Counted from the stretch's first letter, positions 8,895 through 17,535 are shown. The stretch is DNA of 64,000 nucleotides from Candidatus Latescibacterota bacterium (GCA_965204725.1 OZ242005.1:3456001-3520000), one strand, 5' to 3'. Made by a program: numbers and translations. The notes: generated by a model from the letters alone, not told the origin.

Positions 8895-10718
8895 ATGACC
8901 GCTACCTCGCCTGCTATGGACTGGGACCTGACGAGCTATTTCGATGAATTTGATGGCCCGGCCATGCGGCAATTCAAAGAAGCCCTGCAAAGGGATATTG
9001 CAGCGGCACGCCAGCAAGCTGCCGCCCTAGCGCCGCTTGCCGAGGACAATGCCGACGCTTGGGAAGCCGTATTCCTCCTGACGGAGGGCCTGACCGACCG
9101 CCTCTCTCATCTGGGTTCCTACCTCGGCTGTCTCACAGCAGCGGACGCTCGCAATGAGGACTACGCCCGCGAGGAGGCCGCCTTTGCCCTGCTGGCGGCC
9201 GAGAGCGAAAAGCTCTATGTCGAACTCTTGCGTACGCTCAAGGACGCTGCGGACGAAATTTTTGCCGAGTTCGCCCAACGGGCCGCCTTGGCGGACTGCC
9301 TCCACTTCCTCCGCCGCCAGCGCGAAGACGCGCAGCGCACCATGAGCCTGGAGCAGGAGATGCTCTCGGCCGACCTCGGCGTTGACGGTCTCCACGCTTG
9401 GGGCCGCCTCTACGACACGATCTCCGGCAAGCTCGAATTCGACATCGCGTTTCCCGATGGCCGCACCGAGCGGCGCCCTATGTCGCAACGCCGCGCCCTG
9501 ATGGAAGACCCCGACCGCCGGGTCCGCCAAGCGGCCTTTGACGGAGGCAATCGGGCTTGGGAGCGCATGGAAGACGTAGCCTGCGCCGCGCTCAACGCCA
9601 TCTCGGGGACGCGCCTGACCCTCAATCAGCACCGCGGCGTCAACCACTTTCTCGATGTCGCCCTCTTCGAGGCATCAATTTCGTCCAAGACCCTCGACGC
9701 GATGTTTGCGGCTATTGCCGACCAAATCGAACTGCCTCGACGCATCCTCGCCCTCAAGGCTCAACTGATGGGCACCGAAGGCGTGGCTTGGTACGATCTG
9801 GGCGCACCGCTGCCGCTGCCCGATCAAGGGCAACTCTCTTGGGAAGAGGGCACGGCCCTCGTCGCCCGCTCCTTTGCGGCAGCCTACCCGCGCTTAGGGG
9901 AGTTCCTCGGCCAAGTCTGCGAACGCCAATGGATTGAGCACGCGCCCCGCTCGGGCAAACGGCCCGGTGCCTTTTGCACTGGCTCGCTGTTGACCCGCGA
10001 GTCCCGCATCTATATGACCTACAACGACACCCTCGGCGATGTGCTCACGCTCGCCCACGAGGCCGGGCACGCCTTCCATAGCTACATCATGCGCGACGTG
10101 CGCACCTACGCCCACTCCTACCCGATGACGCTGGCCGAGTCGGCCTCGACCTTCGGCGAAATGATCCTCACCGAGGGCATCCTCGCCGACCCCTCCTTCA
10201 GCCCGGCCCAAAAGGCCAGCGCTCTCAATCAAGAAATTGGCCACGGCGCGATCTTCCTGCTGGATATTCCGGTGCGCTACCAGTTCGAGAAAAAGCTCTA
10301 CGAAGAGCGCGCCAACGGCGAACTCACGGTCAGCCGCCTCAAGGAACTAATGGTCGAAACCCAGCGCGGAGTCTTCGGCGACGCGCTCTCGCCGGGGGGC
10401 GAAGACCCCTACTTCTGGGCCTCGAAACTCCACTTCTATATCACCGGCGTGACCTTTTACAACTTCCCTTACACCTTTGGATTCCTACTCAGCCGCGGCC
10501 TGTATTCAATGTTTAAGCAAGAGGGGAGCGACTTTCTTCCGCGCTACGAGCAATTCCTCCGCCTCACCGGCAGCGACACCGCCGAGGGCGTGGCGCGCCG
10601 GGCCTTGGGCCGCGACCTCGAAGACCCCCAGTTCTGGACCGAGGCCATTCAGACTTTGGAAGCTCCACTGGCCGAGTTGGAAAAATTGCTACCCGAGGTG
10701 CTACCTGAGCATTCTTAG
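8895..10718 (+). CDS. pepF: M3B oligoendopeptidase F
   Basis: WDL N-terminus, GKRPGAFC, TLAHEAGHAFH, AESASTFGE, FYNFPYTFG. Confidence 0.88.
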   Translation: MTATSPAMDWDLTSYFDEFDGPAMRQFKEALQRDIAAARQQAAALAPLAEDNADAWEAVFLLTEGLTDRLSHLGSYLGCLTAADARNEDYAREEAAFALLAAESEKLYVELLRTLKDAADEIFAEFAQRAALADCLHFLRRQREDAQRTMSLEQEMLSADLGVDGLHAWGRLYDTISGKLEFDIAFPDGRTERRPMSQRRALMEDPDRRVRQAAFDGGNRAWERMEDVACAALNAISGTRLTLNQHRGVNHFLDVALFEASISSKTLDAMFAAIADQIELPRRILALKAQLMGTEGVAWYDLGAPLPLPDQGQLSWEEGTALVARSFAAAYPRLGEFLGQVCERQWIEHAPRSGKRPGAFCTGSLLTRESRIYMTYNDTLGDVLTLAHEAGHAFHSYIMRDVRTYAHSYPMTLAESASTFGEMILTEGILADPSFSPAQKASALNQEIGHGAIFLLDIPVRYQFEKKLYEERANGELTVSRLKELMVETQRGVFGDALSPGGEDPYFWASKLHFYITGVTFYNFPYTFGFLLSRGLYSMFKQEGSDFLPRYEQFLRLTGSDTAEGVARRALGRDLEDPQFWTEAIQTLEAPLAELEKLLPEVLPEHS

Positions 10719-10744
10719 CTGATAAGACAGCCGCAAGGACTCCC

Positions 10745-11503
10745 ATGTCGCGCTTACTCCTAGTCTTCTTCTTTTGCATCGGCCCGGCTCATGCCGCCGA
10801 CAACCCGCCAGCGTCCGGCTTCAATGCCGCTGATTCCGACCCCAAAGCCATCGCCCTAGCCGACGAAGTTATGACCGCGCTGGGGGGCCGCGCCAACTGG
10901 GACGCTACTCGCTACATCACTTGGCGCTTTTTCGGTTTCCGCTTACACGTGTGGGACAAGTGGACGGGGGATATTCGCTTTGAGGAAGGCGACTTGACGG
11001 TGCTGATGAACATCCACAGCAAAGAGGGCCGCGCCTTTGTCGCGGGTGAGGCAATCAGCGACCCCGACACCCTCGCGGCCAAACTCGACCACGGCTACCG
11101 CGCTTGGATCAACGACTCGTACTGGCTGGTCATGCCCTACAAGCTCAAGGACACCGGCGTCACTCTGCGCTATCGGGGCCTTGAAGCCACCCAAGATGGC
11201 CGCCCGGCCCAAGTGCTGGAGCTCACGTTCAAAGATGTCGGCGTCACCCCGCAGAACAAATACGCGGTCTGGATCAACCGAGAATCGCGGCTGGTTACTC
11301 AATGGGCGTTCTACCGCGACGCGGCCGACGCCGAACCGCGCTTTATCGGCCCGTGGACGAACTGGCAACGCCACGGCTCCATTTTGCTCTCCGACGGTCG
11401 CGGCGAGCGCGAGCACACGGATGTGGCGGTCTTCGACGAACTGTCGCGCTCGGTCTTTACGAGTCCGGATCCGCTAGATTGCTCTTGCCTTCTGGGCGAG
11501 TAG
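10745..11503 (+). CDS. secreted hypothetical protein
   Basis: Signal peptide; ALGG..W, WINDSYWLVMPYKL.D.GV, VGVTPQNKY conserved-looking blocks. Confidence 0.7.
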   Translation: MSRLLLVFFFCIGPAHAADNPPASGFNAADSDPKAIALADEVMTALGGRANWDATRYITWRFFGFRLHVWDKWTGDIRFEEGDLTVLMNIHSKEGRAFVAGEAISDPDTLAAKLDHGYRAWINDSYWLVMPYKLKDTGVTLRYRGLEATQDGRPAQVLELTFKDVGVTPQNKYAVWINRESRLVTQWAFYRDAADAEPRFIGPWTNWQRHGSILLSDGRGEREHTDVAVFDELSRSVFTSPDPLDCSCLLGE

Positions 11504-11559
11504 GCTACTACACTGCTAGGCCGGTACAGCAATACAACAAAAAAGCCGACCTCGCTCGC

Positions 11560-12405
11560 TCAGTTGCTCGAAAACTCGACCAACTGCCCGCCGCACTCGT
11601 CTTTCATTTTTTGCAAAGCCCTGTTCCGCAACTGCCGGACGCGCTCGCGGGTGACGCCCATGCCCGCGCCGATTTCCTCCAAGGTCTTGGGTGCGCTGTC
11701 GTTGAGGCCAAAATAAGCGCGGACGATGTGGGACTCGCGGGCGTCGAGCACCTTCAGACAATTGGCTACAGCCGCGCGCATTTCCCCATCGACAAAATGC
11801 TCGTGTGAGCTGGGCTCGGCCGCGACAAACGTCTGTGCAAACGTCATCTCGCCATCGGCAAAAGCAGGGGCGTCCAAGGGCAGGTCCGGCTGCCCCATCT
11901 CAAAGGCGTTGCGGATGCGCTCGGCTGAGAAATCGACCGATGCGGCGATCTCCTCGACAGTCGGGGCACGCCCTAGCTGCTGCGAGAGGACCGCGGCCTC
12001 CTTTTCGACCCTCTGCCGGTCGCTGACCCGACTCAGGGGCGGGCGGGCAATTTTGCCGTGTTCGGCCAAGGCCCGGAGGATGGCTTGGCGAATCCACCAC
12101 ACCGCATAGGTGATGAACTTAAAGCCGCGCGTCTCGTCGAAGCGCTGGACAGCTTCGAGCAGCCCGAGGTTGCCTTCGGAAATCAGCTCAATCAGCGAGA
12201 GACCGCAGTCGTGGTACTCGCGGGCGACGCGCACCACAAAGCGCAAATTGGCCTGTACCAGCGCCTGACGCGCCTCTTCGTCACCTGCTTTGGCGCGCTT
12301 GAAAAGGGCTATTTCTTCCTTGCGACTGAGCGGCTCGGAGCCTTTTATATCGCGCCAGTAGAGATCGGTCGCCGAGTACATTGTTTCTTTTTTTTGAGCG
12401 TCCAT
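11560..12405 (-). CDS. sigma-70 family RNA polymerase sigma factor (RpoD/RpoS-like, no region 1.1)
   Basis: ANLRFVV, EGNLGLLEAVQRFDETRGFKFITYAVWWIRQAI, TLEEIG...VTRERVRQ. Confidence 0.92.
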   Translation of the reverse strand: MDAQKKETMYSATDLYWRDIKGSEPLSRKEEIALFKRAKAGDEEARQALVQANLRFVVRVAREYHDCGLSLIELISEGNLGLLEAVQRFDETRGFKFITYAVWWIRQAILRALAEHGKIARPPLSRVSDRQRVEKEAAVLSQQLGRAPTVEEIAASVDFSAERIRNAFEMGQPDLPLDAPAFADGEMTFAQTFVAAEPSSHEHFVDGEMRAAVANCLKVLDARESHIVRAYFGLNDSAPKTLEEIGAGMGVTRERVRQLRNRALQKMKDECGGQLVEFSSN

Positions 12406-12415
12406 TTTAGTTCTC

Positions 12416-12446
12416 CACGTTAAACAATGTTTACGTTCACGTTAAA
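12416..12446. promoter_or_regulatory. putative operator upstream of the sigma factor gene
   Basis: Near-palindrome ACGTTAAACAATGTTTACGT plus CACGTTAAA direct repeats at 12416 and 12438. Confidence 0.35.
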
Positions 12447-12515
12447 GTTGAAGGTAGAATACCAAGTGAACATGTGCAAATCCTATCTTTTTGACGCACC
12501 AAGACAGCCAAATGT

Positions 12516-12938
12516 TCAATCTAAAGGCAGTCGGCGGCTCTTTTTTTTCTCGGAATGACGCCGCTTGCTGTTAAGGCGGCGCGTTTGGGCGGCGCGGCTG
12601 GGCTTGGTTTTTTCGCGCTTAGGCGGCTTCTGGAGGGCCGCGGCGAGCAGGGCGGCCAGCTTACTGAGGCAGTCGGCGCGATTGCGTCCCTGCGTGCGAA
12701 ATCGCTCCGACTGGATCGACAGAATCCCCGCGTTGTTCAGCCGAGCGGCGAGCTTCTCGGCAATCTGCTGGCGTTGCTCGGGGCTGAGCACCGCACTGTG
12801 GACAAAATCAAACTGTAGCTCAACGGAGGTATTGAGCTTGTTGACGTTTTGTCCCCCCGGCCCAGAGCTGCGGCGAAACTTGAAGCGCAGTTCGGAAAGC
12901 GGAATGGAAAGAGAAGGTAAGACGTATAGGGTTTCCAT
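12516..12938 (-). CDS. arfB: alternative ribosome rescue factor ArfB
   Basis: RSSGPGGQNVNK, R.Q..NR, basic C-terminal tail. Confidence 0.92.
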   Translation of the reverse strand: METLYVLPSLSIPLSELRFKFRRSSGPGGQNVNKLNTSVELQFDFVHSAVLSPEQRQQIAEKLAARLNNAGILSIQSERFRTQGRNRADCLSKLAALLAAALQKPPKREKTKPSRAAQTRRLNSKRRHSEKKKSRRLPLD

Positions 12939-13047
12939 AATGAGTGGTCGCTCCTCGGCCGGCAGACTTGAAGATAACCTAATATGTATCCTTTATTATG
13001 TCCCGTAATGCACCCGCCATCCCATTTTCGCTAAGGAGAGACTTTCT

Positions 13048-14214
13048 ATGAAACGCTATACCGCGGCAATCGTCGGCTGTGGCTCCATAGGCAATGCCCA
13101 TATAGAAGGCTACAATCTCGTGGACGAGGTCGAGGTGATCGCAGTCGCCGACCCGGTCGCCACGGCGCGCCAGACCTATGTAGAAGCATACGACATCCCT
13201 CGGGAATTTGAGACGGTCGCCGAGATGATGGAAAAGGCCCGGCCCGATATCGTCAGCGTCTGCACTTGGCATCTCTTGCATCCGGCGCCCACGATTGCCG
13301 CAGCCGAGGGCGGTGCCCGCGCCGTCATCTGCGAAAAGCCCATGGCCATCGGCATGGCGGCCGCCGACTCCATGGTCAATGCCTGCCAAGCGCACGGCAC
13401 CCAACTGGTCATCAGCCATCAGCGCCGCTTTACCCCGGGCTGGGAAAAGGCCAAGGCACTGGTCGAAGAGGGCGCGATTGGCGAGCCGATCTTCGTCACC
13501 AACAAGGTCGCCGACGGGCTGACCAACTGGGGTACGCACTCCATTGACGGTTCGCGCTTCGTGCTCGGCGACCCCCGCGCCCAATGGGTTATGGGCGCGG
13601 TCGAGCGTCGCACCGACCGCTACGAGCGCGACACCATGATCGAAGACGCCTGCATGGGTTTGGTCCACTTCGCCGGCGATCTCCAGCTTTTCATTCAGTC
13701 CGACCTCATGCGCGAGGGGGCTGCGGCCGGCCACTTTGAAATCCGCGGCCGCGAAGGAATTTTATCAGTGAGCGAGACTCGGGTCCAGCTTATGAACGCC
13801 TCCTCTGGCGGCTGGCGGGAAGTCGATCTCGCGCTCACCGCCGGCACCAAGGCCATTGGGGGCAATACCAACGCCGCCCAAGTCCGCGAACTCATCGCCT
13901 GTCTCGAAGGCCACAAGGCCGAGCACCGCAACGCCGGCACCACGGCCCGCGACACCGTAGAAATTATGATGGCCCTCTACGAATCGGCGCGCCGCAACCG
14001 CGTGGTCCACTTGCCGCTGCAAGAAAAGGGCTATCCCCTCCAGCTCATGGTCGAGGAGGGCAGCCTGCCCGTGGAAGTCGAGGGCCGCTATGACATCCGC
14101 GGCTTTCTCAAGCGCGAGGGCATCGACGAGGCCAAGTACAAAAAGCTCTGGGATGAGGGCATGGGGCACCACCAAATCATGCGCCAACTCCACGACGAAA
14201 TGAACCCGCGTTGA
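13048..14214 (+). CDS. Gfo/Idh/MocA oxidoreductase
   Basis: GCGSIG, CEKPMA, HQRRF, GTHSID; AAGGAG RBS. Confidence 0.88.
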   Translation: MKRYTAAIVGCGSIGNAHIEGYNLVDEVEVIAVADPVATARQTYVEAYDIPREFETVAEMMEKARPDIVSVCTWHLLHPAPTIAAAEGGARAVICEKPMAIGMAAADSMVNACQAHGTQLVISHQRRFTPGWEKAKALVEEGAIGEPIFVTNKVADGLTNWGTHSIDGSRFVLGDPRAQWVMGAVERRTDRYERDTMIEDACMGLVHFAGDLQLFIQSDLMREGAAAGHFEIRGREGILSVSETRVQLMNASSGGWREVDLALTAGTKAIGGNTNAAQVRELIACLEGHKAEHRNAGTTARDTVEIMMALYESARRNRVVHLPLQEKGYPLQLMVEEGSLPVEVEGRYDIRGFLKREGIDEAKYKKLWDEGMGHHQIMRQLHDEMNPR

Positions 14215-14242
14215 CCGCGAGAGGCCGGGGCGCGATACCATA

Positions 14243-14271
14243 TTGACATTCCCCGATCCCTCCTGTACCTT
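14243..14271 (+). promoter_or_regulatory. sigma-70 promoter for rpsR
   Basis: TTGACA, 17-nt spacer, TACCTT. Confidence 0.6.
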
Positions 14272-14329
14272 CTATTTTTTCTAAATTTACGTGCCCGCCC
14301 CAGCGGATGCCTTAACAAGGAGCGTCGTC

Positions 14330-14557
14330 ATCGCCAAGTTCCGCAGCTCGCGCCGAGAGGCCGTAGCCAAGCTCAAGTCCGAAGACATCGACTACAAGCG
14401 TCTCGATGTCCTAGTCAAGTTCATCACGCCGACCGGCAAGATCGAATCGGCCCGGCGCACCGGCGCCACGCGCAAGCAGCAGACGCGCGTAGTTCGCGCC
14501 ATCAAGCGCGCCCGCTTTTTAGCCCTCGTCCCCCACACCATCGACGATACTCGTTGA
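14330..14557 (+). CDS. rpsR: 30S ribosomal protein S18 (cysteine-free form)
   Basis: IDYK..DVL.KFITPTGKI..ARRTG...KQQ....AIKRARFLALVP. Start uncertain: ATC 14330 with a strong RBS, or GTG 14291. Confidence 0.9.
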   Translation: MAKFRSSRREAVAKLKSEDIDYKRLDVLVKFITPTGKIESARRTGATRKQQTRVVRAIKRARFLALVPHTIDDTR

Positions 14558-14645
14558 CCGAGCCCAGCGCACCCAGTGGCCGCCATGGCTGATTGAGACC
14601 CGCGCCTCGGCACCAGACACTTAAACCTTATGAGATGAGGTCTCA

Positions 14646-14966
14646 GTGGATAACCTGTGGAACAACCTCCTTAAAGGGCTACAAGAAGGCGCGGCTGCCG
14701 CGGCCGACAAGGCCGGCGACCTAACCCGCCTAGCGCGTGCCCGGCTCGACATCGCCGCTGCTAGGACCCAACTCCACCGCACCCAAGCGGATCTGGGGGC
14801 GCGGGTCCACCAGCGCCTCGAAGCCGGGGACGATCCCGTAGCCGACGATCAAGTACAAGCACTGAACCAACAGATCAAAGAGCAGAATGCTGCGCTCGCC
14901 GATTTCGAGGCGGCCTACGACGCGCTACAGAGCACGCTGCGCACGGAAGAGCGCAACGCCGATTAG
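14646..14966 (+). CDS. coiled-coil hypothetical protein
   Basis: GAGG RBS, GTG start, helical heptad pattern. Confidence 0.7.
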   Translation: MDNLWNNLLKGLQEGAAAAADKAGDLTRLARARLDIAAARTQLHRTQADLGARVHQRLEAGDDPVADDQVQALNQQIKEQNAALADFEAAYDALQSTLRTEERNAD

Positions 14967-15125
14967 CAGTACCTCCGTTAGTAACCAATGGTGCTAGTGT
15001 TTTATAATCCGAACTCCGCGATAGACGCCGTGGTCGCGGGGCCGCTCCGTAGCTGAAAACCCTCGTAGCCGCTCCGCGCTTTGGCAAGCTGGCGAGCACG
15101 AGCAGGCTCGCGGCTTATAGCCGTT

Positions 15126-15276
15126 GCCAGCGGCGTTGCGGCTGGCGCGGCGTCATTATTGATAAAACGGCATAATTATCGGCGGTTTTTCCATCGAGGA
15201 TCGTCGATCTACCGCGAATTGGCCCTTTTTCGGCATAATTATCAAGTTTTTGTGGTAAGCCAGCGGCGTTGCGGCT
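15126..15276. repeat. nested direct repeats (A-B-B-A) upstream of the LRR gene
   Basis: GCCAGCGGCGTTGCGGCT at 15126 and 15259; CGGCATAATTATC at 15168 and 15231. Confidence 0.75.
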
Positions 15277-15517
15277 TGTGAACCAACTCTGCGGCTCCCT
15301 ATATTGCCCGGCGCCGCGGCAACGCCCTGCTTGGAGCAAGGAAAGGCTAAGGATGGCTACCGCTTGGGGAGGGCGTTGGCGTGGCACACACTCCACTGAA
15401 GGGAGGTTTAGCTATGCTGCCGATTGACAGACTGCCAACCGCTCCCTACCTAACAGTCTCGTATCCTTCGGCGTACTCAAGACGGGTGCGCCGTTCACCC
15501 AACAAGGAGATACTCCT

Positions 15518-16345
15518 ATGTTTAAGTCTTTCAAAAACCTGCTTGGCCTTAGCCTGCTGGCTTTCTTCGGCGTTTGGATGGGGTGCTCGTCCGACTCCTC
15601 GCCCGTCAGTCCTTCAAACAAAGCCGTGACGGACGATGACGGATCAGCAACACAAGTATCGACGTTTTCGACCGATGTTTCCATTCCTGACGACAGTCTA
15701 AGGGTAGCGGTTACTCAAGGACTCTGGGCTTTGGTGGCAGAAGGGAAAATCGACATTCCTACAGGGACAAACCCGCTTACAACGGCAAACCTTGCAAAGC
15801 TAGAAACGCTTACCGCTAGCGGCAAAGGGATTGTGAATTTGAGCGGCCTTGAGCACGCTACCGACTTGAAAAGCCTGAACCTAAACGGGAACAACGTTGA
15901 GGACCTAGCGCCTTTGGCCAATCTGACCAAGTTGGAATATCTGAGCTTGGAAAATAATCTCATTCCCCAAACGGGTTATTCTCATTTGGCTAATCTGACC
16001 AAGTTGACAAATCTTAGGATAGGCGGCCACAGAAACGCCGACATTGGCAGCGACACCCTAGAGGTGGTGGTTGAGAACATGACCAAGTTGACCGCTCTAA
16101 AGGTGAACCACATGGGGCTTACGGATATTTCTTTTTTGGAAAAGGAAAATCTGAAAGAGTTGCGATACTTAAACCTAAATGGCAACCGGGAGATTACGAA
16201 TCTCAAACCGCTTGCTTGTCTGCCGAATCTGAACGATTTGCGCGTAGAGAGGGTTGGTGCTGCTTACAACACCGTTACCGGCGAGGTAAATAAACTTCTC
16301 CTATTCTTGATAGGGGAAGGGGTATATGTAGATTACATTACTTAG
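15518..16345 (+). CDS. internalin-like leucine-rich-repeat lipoprotein
   Basis: Lipobox-like WMGC; IPD.SLR cap; LxxLxxLxLxxN repeats (LANLTKLEYLSLENN); AAGGAG RBS. Confidence 0.88.
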   Translation: MFKSFKNLLGLSLLAFFGVWMGCSSDSSPVSPSNKAVTDDDGSATQVSTFSTDVSIPDDSLRVAVTQGLWALVAEGKIDIPTGTNPLTTANLAKLETLTASGKGIVNLSGLEHATDLKSLNLNGNNVEDLAPLANLTKLEYLSLENNLIPQTGYSHLANLTKLTNLRIGGHRNADIGSDTLEVVVENMTKLTALKVNHMGLTDISFLEKENLKELRYLNLNGNREITNLKPLACLPNLNDLRVERVGAAYNTVTGEVNKLLLFLIGEGVYVDYIT

Positions 16346-16382
16346 CCCCATGCAGTAGATCGTCCTCTACGCAGAGGACGCC

Positions 16383-16419
16383 CAACGCCCCGTTGCCGCT
16401 TGCCGGTGACGGGGCGTTG
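16383..16419 (+). terminator. stem-loop after the LRR gene
   Basis: CAACGCCCCG...CGGGGCGTTG inverted repeat; weak U tract. Confidence 0.55.
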
Positions 16420-16468
16420 CTATGCCGCTCCAATACGCCGCTCGCTGGCGTCCGCGCATCATAGACCA

Positions 16469-16707
16469 TTGACCGCCCCCGGCGCACGGGCGATATTGGC
16501 AATCCTGTCCTTGAGAGAGACAGGGTTAGGCTGGCGGTTAGTATCCGCGACCGCCGACTAAGCCTAGCTAGCGCATTGCGGCTTGATTTATTGGCGGTGG
16601 AAACCGGATGCGCGAAAATGAATAAGCGGCGTTGGTTGGGCCGATTGCGTAAGCGCGGCCACCGGGTCTAACATCCCCGGCTTCTTGGGCCAACGCCGCG
16701 CTTTTTT
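16469..16707 (+). ncRNA. putative promoter plus structured RNA/leader, long copy (C4/CI-like three-way junction ending in a T tract)
   Basis: TTGACC-N17-GATATT, three hairpins (16501-16614), then a junction closed by GCGGCGTTGGTT/GGCCAACGCCGC and TTTTTT. Duplicated at 17348-17479. Confidence 0.55.
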
Positions 16708-16753
16708 ATGGGGCTTGGCTTGGCACACACTTTCACAGACAGGAGCAAAGACG

Positions 16754-17335
16754 ATGCGGGTATTGAGTGGGTTGTTAATTGGCTTGGAGTTGGCAGCGAC
16801 GCCAGCGGATAGCACGGACGCCGCACCAGCGGATACGACGACGACGCCAGATTTGTCTTGTCTGTTTGGCCTCTTTGGAACTGAAGAAACCGATCATTGT
16901 CTGGAACAGCTGCAGGAACCAGAGGAACAGGAACCAGAGGAACAGGAACCAGAGGAACAGGAACCAGAGGAACAGGAACCAGAGGAACCAACAGCACCCA
17001 CAGACAACGCCGATGCGTTGGCACAGTTGCAGGCTGAGTTAGATGCGTTGCGGGGCGAGAATGACGCTTTACGGGGCGATCTAAGCGCGGCGCGTGACAG
17101 TCTTGCTTCTCGCACGGCTATCGGGGGAGGTCGGCAAGTAGTGCGCGATACGGTGCTAGTTTCGCACACGGATACGCTTTTGTTTTGCCCCCCAACGGAC
17201 CAAGAGCGGCGCGATCTATTTGACTTGTTCACGGGGGCGGCTGACGATACAACGAACAGCGAGGGATCGGCGGGTAAGGCTGGTTCGGTGCAGGTTGAAT
17301 CGTGGGGCGCGATTAAAGCCTTGATACAAGAGTAA
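16754..17335 (+). CDS. secreted acidic repeat/coiled-coil protein with C-terminal SWGAIK motif
   Basis: AGGAG RBS before ATG 16754; signal-like N-terminus; (QEPEE)5; coiled coil; ends VESWGAIKALIQE. Confidence 0.75.
   Translation: MRVLSGLLIGLELAATPADSTDAAPADTTTTPDLSCLFGLFGTEETDHCLEQLQEPEEQEPEEQEPEEQEPEEQEPEEPTAPTDNADALAQLQAELDALRGENDALRGDLSAARDSLASRTAIGGGRQVVRDTVLVSHTDTLLFCPPTDQERRDLFDLFTGAADDTTNSEGSAGKAGSVQVESWGAIKALIQE
16913..16987 (+). repeat. in-frame 15-bp tandem repeat x5
   Basis: Five perfect copies of CAGGAACCAGAGGAA. Confidence 0.95.
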
Positions 17336-17347
17336 CTCAATGAAATC

Positions 17348-17479
17348 TTGACCGCCCCCGCTCGCGGCGCGATATTGGCAATCCTGTAAATGAATAAGCG
17401 GCGTTGGTTGGGCCGATTGCGTAAGCGCGGCCGCCGGGTCGAACATCCCCGGCGCCTTGAACCAACGCCGCGCCTTTTT
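17348..17479 (+). ncRNA. putative promoter plus structured small RNA, short copy
   Basis: TTGACC-N17-GATATT; 12-bp P1 (17398-17409/17460-17471); P2 GGCCG/CGGCC with GTAA loop; P3 GCCGGG/CCCGGC; T tract. Confidence 0.55.
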
Positions 17480-17535
17480 GTGCTCGCTTGCCACCGCCAA
17501 ACGCCCCCAGCGAATAACGCGCCTTAGACTTTTAT

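Noticed and set aside
16913-16987. CRISPR array
   Set aside because: The repeats are contiguous, have no spacers and are in frame within a CDS; no cas genes are present.
17398-17471. tRNA gene
   Set aside because: Only three stems, a 12-bp closing stem, no D or anticodon arm, and no canonical TTCRA T-loop or CCA end.
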